Part shown: one piece after another, positions 9,350 through 21,130 of the stretch
How positions within the stretch are numbered: position 1 is the stretch's first letter
How the letters are laid out: the number at the start of each line of letters is the position of its first letter
DNA from: Naegleria gruberi
Taxonomy: Eukaryota
Reading direction: 5' to 3' (one strand)
Length of the DNA: 64,000 bases
NCBI GenBank assembly: GCA_000004985.1
Contig: GG738928.1
Position numbers and translations under genes: made by a program
The notes under the pieces: model-generated
The model's database searches: none
The model's input: the letters and a program-made list of their open reading frames with translations, nothing else
What the model was told of the DNA's origin: nothing

Positions 9350-12300
9350 TTAAATCAATTTCGAATCATTCAACAAATTTTCTCTGGTTTTACCAGAATT
9401 TTCATAAAAAACAAACTCATCTGTTGTAGTAAATCTGGAAAAGGTATCATTCAAGTTGATAATAATCTGATCTTGTAGTGAGCTGATTGATTGTTGCAAT
9501 TTTTCATGGAATGCTTCTGGTATTTCCTTTTCATTCTTTGATTTCATTTCTTGATTGTTCTTGGCAGAGTTGACCAATTCACTAAGTGATTTTCTCATTT
9601 GTTTGAATTCGTTTCTAGTTTCGGATGGAATGTTAACTTCCTTAATGGAGCCACTTTCAATATAATTGGTAAATAATTCTTCAATCAATGAATTCACAGA
9701 GTCAATTCTGTCATTTGCTTTGATTAACTCTTGGAGTTGTTTCAGTTCCAAATATAAATGCAAGTTTTCTAATGAATATTCCTTTTTACAGAATGATTCG
9801 AATAGTTTCAGACCTTCTCTATTCGATAGTAATTGTTCCAATTCATCCTTTTCTTCATTACTCGATTGGTTTCTAAAATTCTTTTGTTTGATGAAATGAA
9901 CTAATCTCACAATAAGTGCAAATCCTCCAAATACCAACAAGTAACTAAACAAGTACAATATTTCAAATAGCAATGAAATTGAATCGTTCACTCTTGAATT
10001 TACATCACCTCTCTTGTAACTCAAACCTGACAATCCAATAATTTGTGAAATTACCAAAAATGTAAAGCAAACAATAAATAAAATCATTTCCACTCTAAAG
10101 TATAATGGAGTATCGAGTTGAATGAACCAATCATAAGCTCTCTTGATTGGAACTTTTGCCATTTTCTTGGCAGTTTCCTTATCAAACTTTTGTAAAGCTT
10201 CCTTGTTAAACGAAAGTGAACTATTTGATAAATTACTTGTTGATTTTTCATTACTATCCACAAGCATTTCAGATTCATTTCTAGAATTCAAAAGTGACAT
10301 GATCACATCTAACAAAATCAATGCACATATAAGAAATCCCAATGATAAAATCATAATTGTAAACGAAATTGAAACAATGTAAGAATATTCGATTCCTGTA
10401 ATGACACTCGTTCTCACAAGAATTACCCACAACGTCCAATACATTAGGTTCACGGTCATAAAGATTCCCATGATGGAAATCATTGCTCTTGTGGAGAGGA
10501 AAATTCTAATCACTCTCAAAATTTTGTCTCCCTTTTGGTACAATTGACTAGTTCTATCATTTTGGTTCAATGAGAATTTAATGGATAATCTATGATAGAA
10601 ATATTTGAGAATGTGAAATCTTGATGTCTGATACAAGTATGAAAACATTGCTGTCAAAGTCAAAGTGTTTACAATAATTGTAATAACATTCGAAACAATA
10701 TTCGATGCCAAATTACCATTTTCCAATTGAATCACCGTCGACTCTGTCAATCCCTCACTCTTCAATGATAATATCAACCCATTTCTAGTAGTATCCAACA
10801 AAATACTCCTCTGAACTATCAGAAATAGTCCACTTTCCACCACCAATGCAAACATTCCAATAAACGGAGTTACAAATCGACTCGCCAATGGTTGAGATTT
10901 TCGCATCACAATCAAGGCAACGAGAATTGAACTCGACAAGATGAAAAATAAAACACCAAATGAAATTTGTGCAATGTACAATTCGGATAATTGTTCGGCA
11001 GCCCTTAATGAATCAGTTGCGGTGTTATTAAGGGAGTTTTCGATAAAGGCAGCGAAGAGTGTGGTGTGCGTACATTTACAAATTAAATCTCCGTTTGATT
11101 GTAAAGTGGAAAGCGAGCAGCCGCTGGAATCCCATTGTAAAGTTGTTTCATTCCAGAATTTACAAGTGATTTGAGATGAATTGAGAGAATTGATTGTTTG
11201 ATTCAATATTGTAAAGTTAATTGAAATTGGTTGAGTCAATTCTGAAAGTGGTAATGTTTTACCTCCTAAATAAAGAGTGAAATCTTTAGAGTTGGTCAAT
11301 TGAGTTTGATTTGAAGTAAATAGAGGATTAGTATAGGTTATGAGTGATAATCCAACTTCCTTATTGTAGCCATCGTATTTTGTTAGAATGTAATCCGAAT
11401 CTAAACTAATGTCGGAGAATTTTTCTAATTTAGTGCTGTTAGAATTCTTAATAAATGTTGAAACTGTTACATTAATCAAATCTGATGAATAAACTGTGGA
11501 AATAATAGATTCGGATAATAATTTGACCGATTGCTGCAATAATAGAACAGATGTCAATTGAGTACAAGTATTCGAAACATTTGAGAAACCAAAAGAAAGT
11601 AAATTACTTGCACTTGTCAAGGTTGTTTGTAAATCAGAATCTGAAATTCTTTGCTTTGTAACGTAGCCAAGAGTTTCCTTTTCTTTTTTGTAAATTTCAT
11701 TAACTTGATTCAAATAATTTCCTAATTTGTCATTAATTGCTGTAGCAACCTCATTGGAAGAAGCTGATAAAGTAATTTGTTTCAGATTTTCCAAAGCAGT
11801 GGACGGATTGGAAATGTCAATTGTCATCTTATTGACAGACTCTACAAGTACTGAACTAGTTACTTCCTTTCTCAATTTTAAACTTGTATCATATGGAAAT
11901 ACAGTTGCAATACTACCCATTCTTGCTTTCAAAACTTCTGAAGAATCGTCCAAATTTGCACTAATCGAAACTGAACTAATCGATTGAGAATATTCAGTCC
12001 CCAACGCATCCAAACAAATTACAAACAATTCCAAACTTTGACTTGTAGCCAAACTTGTTTCATTCAAATAGGGAAGATACACAGAATCTCTTCCACTTGT
12101 CAAAAATTCTGAAATTCTAATCATTGAATTCTTAAATTTAAATCCAAAAGCAAATTTGAGAGGAGAAAGAAACAATCGACTCGCATTCGAATCTGTAAAA
12201 TTCCAAGCACCTACAACTTCCTCAATAATAAAACTTGTTTTCAGTGCAACACCTGACAATGGTTGAATATTAACAATTGCCATTGGATTTCGAATTGGTG

Positions 12301-14187
12301 GTGCGACGAGAATTACTTGTTGTGAAATGGCGATGATTTGATCCTTAATTGGCTTAATAAGGAGTGTGAAGGTGAGATTTCCAGAGGATTGGATGGTTGG
12401 TTGGATTTTGATGGAAATGATGGGATTGAAGGTCAATGTGAATAAGTTGGCGTTGTTTTTTGGTTTCGTCAAGATTCCAATAACATTTTCATCTGCTGAA
12501 ATAACTTCAGAACCAAACATGAATGAATATTTCAATGAAATGGTACAATTTGCAGTAGCACACTCATCCCTTGTTAATTTCAAATCTGAACTAGTTCTCA
12601 ATTCAACGCTCACAATATTGAAATCAACATTGTTTTTCACACCATTCACAAGTACTTGTGGAATTCCAATAGCATTCAGTGATCTTTCCACTAAAAGTGA
12701 ACAATCTATACCTAAATATCCTCCAGTACAAGTACAAAAGTCAGGTTGTAGACAATTGCCATTTCCAGAACAAACATTCGGTGAATTAGCCGAAACTCCA
12801 AAACAAATTGGAATGAAACAATTAGGTCCAGTATATCCAGGTGAACAAGTACAATTATTTGAAGAAGCACAAATACCATTTCCTGAACAAACTCTATTAT
12901 CATTTGCAGCAATTCCAAAACAACCAATCGAGCCACAATTATTTCCATAAAAACCTGGTTGACATTGACACTTGTTCATTTCAATGCATTCACCCCTTCC
13001 TGAGCAAACACTGCTACTGTTAGTACTCTCAATTCCAAAACACCAATTTGTAACACACATTGTTTTGAACTCATTCAAATAATAACCACTTTCACATGAT
13101 GGAGTTAGTGATCTAATTCTCTTTTTCAAAAATTCTGAAATATAAATTACACCACTTGTCTCATTAAATACTAAACCTCTTGCATCACTCACTGAACTAT
13201 CCAGAGCATCAGTGTTTTCATATGAAGTTGTGCTATTTCCAGCAATCATTGTAAGAGTTCCATTCTTGTCAATTCTGAAAATTCTTCCCTTATATGTTTC
13301 TGTTACAAAGACAGTTTCGTCCTTGGTAACGAATAAAGCACCACCTCCAATTGGGGAACCAGTGAATGCTAGTGTTGAAATATATCCAGTTTCGTTTATC
13401 ACTCTAACACCTTTCGTATCTGATAGGAAAATCTTTCCATTCCTAACAAAAATATCAAAAGGAGACTGAAGAATAGCACTAGTAGCTAGAACACCCTCTC
13501 CAGAATACGAAGAATCCAAATCACTTCCTGCTATTAATGAAATTATTCCATTCTTGACTAATCTAACTCTCGACTTGTCTATCAGGTAAAATTCATTCTC
13601 TGAAATTGCAAAGATTGAATTTGGACCTTTCAGAGCACTAAAAGCAGATCCATTTTCAGTGAAGGAAGACAAGGAGAAATCAGAATAGTTTCCAGCAACT
13701 GTGGAGACGAAACTATTCGGCCAATCACGAAGAGAAAGTTTTCTGACAATTCTATGTATTCTAATGATTAAAGATAATGATGAAATTGTTATATTGTGAT
13801 ATTGTGTGAAAATGTCATGTTATTAGCTTACCTGTCAACGTAAAAGAGGGTGTCATTGAAAATACTCGAGTCAGCCACAGTTGACATACAAATAGTGTTC
13901 TGATTACCATCAGGAGTGTATATTGAAGTGTTGTTTCCAATCTTGTTAGGAGAAAAACTTTCACTTTCCAATGAAAAGATTCGAATAGTACGGTTTAAAC
14001 CATCAGAAACGATTAGTTCGTTGTTGTATAAGGAAATTCCATACATTCCAATATCTGGTGTAGAAATTGGACCAATAGTCTTGATAATGTATTTAACACT
14101 AGCTTGTTTTTGTTCTTGTCCATCAACAGCCACAAACAGTAACAACACAATTGACAACAACAACCATGTATGACAGTTGACTTTCAT
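9350..14187 (-). CDS. Adhesion-GPCR-like receptor: signal peptide, NHL-type propeller, 3 EGF repeats, stalk, GPS motif, 7TM, C-terminal RGS domain; exons 13832..14187 and 9350..13742, intron 13743..13831
   Basis: ATG at 14185-14187 gives the signal peptide MKVNCHTWLLLSIVLLLFVAVDG. GTAAG donor (G at 13831) and AG acceptor (13743-13744) join in frame as ...LFYVDR/KLSLRDWPNSF.... EGF repeats: CSGRGECIEMNKCQCQPGFYGNNC, CSGNGICASSNNCTCSPGYTGPNC, CSGNGNCLQPDFCTCTGGYLGIDC. GPS motif: CKFWNETTLQWDSSGCSLSTLQSNGDLICKCTHTTLFAAF (~11043..11172). Seven hydrophobic helices span ~9900..11000. RGS domain: LKLFESFCKKEYSLENLHLYLELKQL...FTNYIESGSIKEVNIPSETRNEF (~9480..9850). Confidence 0.85.
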
Positions 14188-15035
14188 TTCAATATTTTTT
14201 TTGCAAAGTCTAGAGCTGTTGGATTTTCTTTGGTTATAAGCTGCGAGACTTTTCCTGCCAAGGGTGGAAAGGAACTAACAGGAACCTTTCGAATAGATTG
14301 CAACATATTATTTGATTCTTGGAAACAGAATACCTGACTGGTTTCCGTTCTAGGAAGATTATAACTGCAAGGTAATTTCCAGTTGCCCCCACACACGGGT
14401 CGACTAATAATTTCTGATTCATGTTTTAGAATGAATCCGTGTTTTCTCAAAGTATTAGAAATAGTTTTGTATGTAGGAGAACATTGTTTTCTTGCAAGAA
14501 GTGATGTGAAATTTTATTGGATTTTGAAAGTTTTGCAGATTGTTACTCCGTTCTTTTTAATTTACTCATCAAACACCACAACATGAAATTCATATATTAA
14601 TAACAATGTTATGCCAACACTTTAAATAGTTTGAAAGTTTGAAATATTCGAAACATCAAAAAAAGATGTTATCAAGATCAACTACTCCAATTACTAGAAG
14701 TATAATTAAAGCTTCTTCAACAGCTCCCATTGTCAACTTTATCAAGAGACTATCCTCAATGGACAAAAAGGAAAATGGACTAAACCAATTCCTCACAACC
14801 TTTCATTCACTAACACTAACAGTGGATCATCCACATTCAGATCCTATCACAATTATTCAATGCCAGATTATATGGTAAAGGAAATATCGAACTGAGACAA
14901 CAAAACAATGATGCTGCAAACTCTTTTGGTTTCTACTCTTTCAAAAACAATAATCAGCTTGCTCTATTTATACAGTTTAGTAGTGTTAGATACAAAGCAA
15001 CTATTTCCTGTAAGATTGAATTTAAGGCTAAAATT

Positions 15036-15108
15036 TGCCGACACCAGGGATCGAACCAGGGACCTTAAGATCTTCAGTCTTACGCTCTCCCAACTGAGCT
15101 ATGTCGGC
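15036..15108 (-). tRNA. tRNA-Phe (GAA)
   Basis: The reverse complement GCCGACATAGCTCAGTTGGGAGAGCGTAAGACTGAAGATCTTAAGGTCCCTGGTTCGATCCCTGGTGTCGGCA folds as a canonical cloverleaf. It has a perfect 7-bp acceptor GCCGACA/TGTCGGC, anticodon stem TAAGA/TCTTA with loop CTGAAGA, T-loop GGTTCGATCC and discriminator A. Confidence 0.95.
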
Positions 15109-15359
15109 TTCTTATTAAGAAATAAACCTCGTCATAATTCCTTAACTTCACAACAAATAAAATCTACTGAATGTGTATTGAAAGTTCACTTTTCCTGATT
15201 TTATTTTGAAAGTGTGTGTTTGGTAGAGAAAGGTCGTCTCTTCTTCAAATTTTCGTTGAAGATACCTGTTTTTTTCCAAAGTACCAATCATGTCATATCA
15301 GTATGGATGTCCAAGGTCGTACAAGTCAAAAATTAGCCAAAGCCAAGGCGTCTCCGATC

Positions 15360-16463
15360 CTATTGCAAAGAACAATTCTGTTTTTTTGAGGCAAAACTAG
15401 TGTGAAATCTGAAAGCCATGGCAGATCTGTAAACTTCATCAAAGACTGATTTGAGCCCCTCTTGTGTTAAGCTTGAACAGTAACCTATTTTTACGAGATG
15501 TGGAAAGCTATGAAGTTTTCTTTCCAGAGTATGTTGTCCTACTAGTGAAAAGGTATCCAAATCCTTTCCTGTTATTATAATATGAATTGGAATAAGGGGA
15601 AAAGTCATGGCAAGTTTTCTCAAATTCTGAAGAATACGTTTCTCAAATAATTGTTCATCATTCACAAAATTATTCAGTTCTGTACATTTACAAGTAAAAG
15701 CCACAACATTGAAAGGTTGCTTGATAACTTCTTGAACAATCTTCTCATTTGATAGAGACATGCACTGCATTGTGCACATTATCATACATCCATCAATCAT
15801 AATATTTGCTTCAAACAATGACTCCTTTTCCATCATACCCTCTTCTGCGAAGAAATTAGTACAATAAGTACAGAGTAAACTTGATTTTCCACTTTTAGGA
15901 AGCCCTACAATTCCAATATTCAGCCGTAAAGGTGTTGATATTGAACTACCCGCTCGTCCCAAGACAACATAAGGTGATTTACCATCATATTTTGGTAGAG
16001 AACTTTCTAATAATTCTCTTTCAAAATTAATCATTTCTCTAAAGATGTGAAATATTGTCTTGACAGAGTTTAATCTCAGCCCTAACAATTCTAATTGGTA
16101 AATGATAAAAGTCTTGTTCTCTTCCAAACTATTCTCTTTCAATTCTTCAAATTTCGGTAAATTCCTATATAATTGCAATAACTTTCTGTATTGATTTACA
16201 TCTACAATCCAATTAGACTTTGATCCTTCCTCTAAAATCATTCCTTCAATACAATTTACTACTCTCCTATAAATTTCCATTCTGCTCTTCATCAATTCCA
16301 TTCCGAAACGATTTAAAATTTCATCAACTTGTTCTTCATCTCTCAGAGAAACTGAGAGAAAATAAAGTAAATAATACCGATCAGCATAGCCCAGAAATTT
16401 AATGATCTCATTGAAACAATCATGTTGCTCTGAATACAACTGAGCAAGGAGGCAACTCGACAT
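15360..16463 (-). CDS. Ras-superfamily-like GTPase-domain protein with N-terminal extension and CaaX-type C-terminus (probably a pseudo-GTPase)
   Basis: ATG at 16461-16463. P-loop IGIVGLPKSGKSSLL, G4-like IIITGKDLD, G5-like YCSSLT, C-terminal CSLQ stop. No DxxG switch II is recognisable. A ~190-aa non-GTPase region precedes the domain. Confidence 0.6.
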   Translation of the reverse strand: MSSCLLAQLYSEQHDCFNEIIKFLGYADRYYLLYFLSVSLRDEEQVDEILNRFGMELMKSRMEIYRRVVNCIEGMILEEGSKSNWIVDVNQYRKLLQLYRNLPKFEELKENSLEENKTFIIYQLELLGLRLNSVKTIFHIFREMINFERELLESSLPKYDGKSPYVVLGRAGSSISTPLRLNIGIVGLPKSGKSSLLCTYCTNFFAEEGMMEKESLFEANIMIDGCMIMCTMQCMSLSNEKIVQEVIKQPFNVVAFTCKCTELNNFVNDEQLFEKRILQNLRKLAMTFPLIPIHIIITGKDLDTFSLVGQHTLERKLHSFPHLVKIGYCSSLTQEGLKSVFDEVYRSAMAFRFHTSFASKKQNCSLQ

Positions 16464-16838
16464 TTTTTAAAAGGCTTGCATATTTATATTTATTTTATTA
16501 TTTTGTGGTTTTATAAATATCATCCACATGGTGTAAGAACTTTTGCCACCAATTACGTACTTGACTTTAGACATTTTAGGTTATTTTTGCCTGTTTTTCT
16601 GAAAAACAGATTTTGTAATGATGGCTGATTTCTGACGGTTCTGCCACTACAGATCTGCCATCCTTTTTTTCTTACAGAGCTTTCCACCAAATTCTTAATA
16701 AACTAACTTTTAGCCTTAAGCAAACTAATTTTCAAGAATAAACTCAATAAACAATAAAACCATCCACTACGGAGCCAACCTCCAATAGAATTAAATTAGA
16801 ATCTCGAGATATTTGGTAATAATCAAAATATTTGCGAT

Positions 16839-19800
16839 ATGGCAAATCCAGCCAAATTAAAAAAAATGCGAACTTTATTATCTTTCGTAATCTTGCTCTA
16901 TTTATTCACTATTGTGGTCACAGGTGAGGTGAAATCCATTCAGCAACAACAGCAACGAGAATCCTCATTCACTTTCTTCCTGGATTCTTATCAAGGAACG
17001 GAAACAAATGTTTCATGTCTTGATGAATCCATTCCATGTGTTTACATGTCTCAAGTTATAGACTCGGCACGATCAATATTACAGCTGGGAAACAATTCCT
17101 CAACATTATCTTTAGAGATGAATATTCTAGTAAGAGGAGAAGTAATTGACTGCGATATTCTAATTGACTTTACTAATTTTACATCAAATTTTAAATTGAA
17201 TATTGTTGGGTGGGATGATGACGACTATTTCCTATCATCATGTTATCCTTTTCTACATGTAAATAGTAAAATAGATGAGTTGACCATTGTAAAGGGGTAT
17301 TCAATTCGAATAATAATTGTATTTAATTATGAAATGAAGAATTTATCCATTTCTAAATGTAAAGGAAGTCTTACTATTCAAACTTCAATTGAAAATGCAA
17401 ACATCTTGGAAAGCGAATTTAATTCATTAGAAATTACAAGTCAGATTCAAAATCTTGTTATACTAAACGATTCGATTACTTACTTACAAGGAAATTTGAA
17501 AGCTAAACAAGTGAAAATGGAAACTATTAATATTTCCAATTTTAAATTAGTGGAAATTAAGAATTGTCATTGGAGTTCATTCTCAGGGACAAGTTTATTT
17601 CATGGCGGAGAGAAATTCTCAATTCTTTCAAGTATTATTACAGGCCCAATGATGTTTGAAGTTGTGAGTGTTTTGGAAATAATCAACGTCACTGTTAGCA
17701 GGGTTAATTTTGAGCCAGAGAATGGAAATTTTTTTGGAATAGCCACAGTTGACCAAGTGACAATTGAAAGATGTAATTTTGTGGATAATACTATTGGTGG
17801 AAGTATGATTTCAGTACAACGTTGTAAAAATTTACTTATTGTTAATTGTAAACATTCCAATAATTTATCCAAGTTTATTACAATCCTGTCATCTAGTAGG
17901 AATCGAATTACAATTCAAGATTCTGAATTTTTCAATAATCAGGCAAGTGATGCCTTAATTGTTTTTGATTCCAATTATGTTGTAGATAGCACTATATTAC
18001 TATTAGATAATTGTAATTTTGTGAATAATATTGGAGGATTGACTGGATCCGCTCTGAAAATAACTAAAGCTAATGTTCTCATTTCGAGTTGTAACTTTTC
18101 ATTTAATAAGGCAGGTTATGGAGGAGCTGTCTATATGATAAGTCAACTTTCTACTGTTATCGAATATTCAAATTTCACTAACAATGAAGCAACTCAATCA
18201 GGCGGTGCAATTTATGTGGGAGATGTTTCAAATCTACGACAATGGGAAACAGTAGAAACAATTTGTGATTCTAATAACGCATTGGAAGCTGGAGGATGTT
18301 TATATATGAAAGGTAAATCAAAGATTGATGTGGTGTATAATTTTGCTGGAATCAATAAGGCAATTTGTTATGGTAACAATATTGCTACAGAACTCACAAA
18401 AAAGAAGTTTGAATTTAGACTCAATGGATTCGAATATCAATTGATTACCAATCAGAGTATTCAAATTTATCCAGGAGAATCCCTGGATTTGAGAATTATA
18501 TTATCAGATAGATACAATCAGAAAAGTGTAATGCTTCCTGAAAATCAAATGTCTATGAAAATCAATTCTAATAATTTAGTTTTACAAACACAAGGTTTTA
18601 CAAGCGGAAATGATAGCATACTTTCGAATAATATTCAAATACTTCTTAAAGAATATCAATATGCCAACTTCCATGAAGAAACAACTTTTTCATTCATATT
18701 GAAAGATATCGAACATTCGATTAGAATGAAATTGGTTGATTGTCCACCAGGATATACCATTTCTAAAAATTATGGAAATGTCAAATGTGAATACATTCCA
18801 ATAGAAATCATTCTTCCAGCTGCTATTGTTGGTGCTATTTCCTTAATTATTATATTTGTGACTGTAATTTTGGTGGGAATTTATATTGTTAAAAAACTCA
18901 AAAAATTGAGAAGACAAGAAAGAGCAGAAAAGGAAATTCAAAAGAAATTTATTGATAATTCTTTTGTTTTCAATAATGGCAGCAATGGTTCAGATTTGAG
19001 TGTTCCACTGGTTGAAAAATCTTTCAACTCTGAGGATTCTATTCGATACACTATTCCAATTGCAGAAATTGATATATTATCTAAAATTGGAGAAGGATCT
19101 AACGGATTAGTATATAAAGCAAAGTGGAACAGGACAGATGTTGCCATAAAACAATTGAAAACTTTAGGAGAAGAGGATGATGAAGAGTTTGAAAGAGAAG
19201 CTCTTTTAATGAGCTCATTAAGACATCCGTCAGTTGTTAGTTGCTACGGAGTTTCAATAACCAACGACAGCAAGTATATGGTTGTAAGTACTTACTTTTG
19301 AGAAATAATTTGAATTTATTGTATATTAGGTGGAATACTTGGAAAATGGAAGTCTTGAGAAGGCACTCTACAAGTCTAAAATTGGAAAAGAAAAATTGTC
19401 ATTCGAAACTAAATTGAATATTCTCTTGGATGTTGGAAAGGGTATGACCTATCTCCATTCGATAAGACCTAACAAGATTATTCATAGGTAAGTTTAGTTT
19501 CTATTTACTTTGGAGAGTTAACAATTTTCAGAGATTTGAAACCGGGAAATATTTTGCTTACCAAAAATTTAAATGCCAAAGTGAGTGACTTTGGGCTCAG
19601 TAAGATGGTTTCGAATAATACAGCCACAATGACCACAAATGTTGGAACCTTATTATACATTGTAAGTTTTTCACAATATTCCATTTAACTAATTTAGCAA
19701 TTTCCATCTTTAGGCACCAGTAAGTTTTAACAACAAATTAATCATTGATTTATTATTTAATATTTTAGGAATTATTATCTAATTATCACAAAGGACAAAC

Positions 19801-20161
19801 AACAAAATTGGATGTTTATTCATTTGGACTAATCATGTGGGAAGTTCTATTTGAAATGGTTCCATTTTCCAATGAACTATCTGATGCAACAACACCATTC
19901 TCTATTTTATTACAAGTAACCAATGGATTAAGACCTTCTCTTTCTGTTATGGGAGAACATTTCGAATATATTCAAGAATGGATTGAAGATCACTTTACAA
20001 TGAGAGAAATTCAAAAAATTGGAAAGCAAACCATTGAAAAATGTTTAAAAGATTATATTGAAGTGATGAAACTCTGTTGGTATAAGGAACCAAGCAATAG
20101 ACCAGAATTTATTGAAATTACAGAAAGTTTAGAATTAATTATTGAACAAATAAGGAAATGA
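16839..20161 (+). CDS. Receptor-type TKL Ser/Thr kinase with beta-helix (Pmp-repeat-like) ectodomain; join(16839..19283,19330..19487,19532..19661,19714..19719,19769..20161)
   Basis: All four introns are GTAAGT...AG, 44-52 nt, and all junctions are in frame. The signal/anchor is LLSFVILLYLFTIVVTG. The ~600-aa ectodomain carries GGAVYM, SGGAIYV and AGGCLYM repeats. TM segment: ILPAAIVGAISLIIIFVTVILVGIYIV. Kinase motifs: GEGSNGLVYKA, VAIKQLK, YMV/VEYLENGSL, IIHRDLKPGNILL, VSDFGLS, GTLLYI-AP-ELL, DVYSFGLIMWEVL, CWYKEPSNRPEF. Confidence 0.85.
19714..19719 (+). other. 6-nt microexon (GCACCA, Ala-Pro of the kinase APE motif)
   Basis: The context is ...TTATACATT|GTAAGT..(52 nt)..CTTTAG|GCACCA|GTAAGT..(49 nt)..ATTTTAG|GAATTATTA.... 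Including it restores GTLLYIAPELL. Skipping it deletes the AP of APE. Confidence 0.7.
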
Positions 20162-20276
20162 TGATAATATTTTGACACTCATTCCAATTTTTCCAACATT
20201 CATTGATGGATTATTATCACCCAACTGAACAAGTATTTTAACATTTTCTTCAAGAATAATAAAATTTTGTAATCTT

Positions 20277-20294
20277 GCACCTTGTACAAGGTGC
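20277..20294. repeat. 18-bp perfect palindrome GCACCTTGTACAAGGTGC
   Basis: The sequence is self-complementary when read directly. It lies ~115 nt downstream of the kinase stop codon (20159-20161) and ~270 nt upstream of the eIF4E-1 ATG. Confidence 0.9.
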
Positions 20295-20560
20295 CTAATT
20301 AGCAACATGGATCAAAATCCAAAAATAAAAAATACAAAATAAAACACATTAAAAAAAACCAATAACAAATACCGTAGTAGCCGCATTATCTTTTTTTTTG
20401 CAAATACAACAACAACACTAGCTACGAATTAATCATCAACAATAACAACAACTACCCTAGCAATAATAATAACTACGCGTTAACAAAATCTATCTTTTTC
20501 GGATATGCCTCTCTTCTTGTAAAATATTAAAACTATAATAATTAAACCCTAGAATATATA

Positions 20561-21130
20561 ATGAACCGTATTTCTGAACCTAATCATACATTACATAATA
20601 CATGGACCTTATGGTATCACAGTCCTAGAAGTAAAATTAATGAACAAAATTATAAGGCTTTTTTCACCAAAGTTAAAGCTTTTACTACAATAGAGGATTT
20701 TTGGCGATTATTTAATAATGTTCGTTCACCATCATGTTTACCAATCGGAACAACATATTATTTAATGAAGGATGCTATTAAACCAGAGTGGGAAGATCCA
20801 AATTGTATCAATGGAGGAGAAATGGTTTTTAGTTTTGCTAAAAAATCAAGACAAGAAGCTGATCAATGGTGGTTGTTCTCTTGTATTATGTGTATCGGAG
20901 AAAACTTTATTGGATTGGGAGATCATATTTGTGGATGTACAGTTGCAAACAGAAAGAGTATGATTAGAATTAGTTTTTGGCTTGATACTGATGAGGATGA
21001 ATACGTCAAACGTTTGGAAGACCAATGCAAAGGTGCATTTGACATTCTCAGTGCTGGCTCAACCTTGTTCAAATTCGATTTTCGATCATTTAGAGCCAAT
21101 TTGTCCAAGATATCGAAAGCTGATGATTAA
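20561..21130 (+). CDS. eIF4E: eIF4E-family cap-binding protein, paralog 1 (intronless)
   Basis: NTWTLWYHSPRSKINEQNY...IEDFWRLFNNVRSPSCLPIGTTYYLMKDAIKPEWEDPNCINGGEMVFSF...QWWLFSCIMCIGENF...ICGCTVANRKSMIRISFWLDT. The cap-stacking Trp positions (LW.., PEWED) are conserved. Confidence 0.85.
   Translation: MNRISEPNHTLHNTWTLWYHSPRSKINEQNYKAFFTKVKAFTTIEDFWRLFNNVRSPSCLPIGTTYYLMKDAIKPEWEDPNCINGGEMVFSFAKKSRQEADQWWLFSCIMCIGENFIGLGDHICGCTVANRKSMIRISFWLDTDEDEYVKRLEDQCKGAFDILSAGSTLFKFDFRSFRANLSKISKADD

Noticed and set aside
14184-14450. 88-aa and 62-aa ORFs directly upstream of the GPS-7TM-RGS start codon.
   Set aside because: They have TTG starts, no recognisable features, and a stop overlapping the receptor ATG. 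This region is most likely the 5' UTR or promoter.
14639-14878. Small ORF with a presequence-like N-terminus (MLSRSTTPITRSIIKASS...) ending at a GTAAAG donor-like site.
   Set aside because: I could not find a downstream exon in frame, the region downstream is occupied by tRNA-Phe, and I recognised no family. It is left unannotated.
14908-15198. 96-aa ORF on the plus strand.
   Set aside because: It runs antisense through the tRNA-Phe gene and has no coding features.
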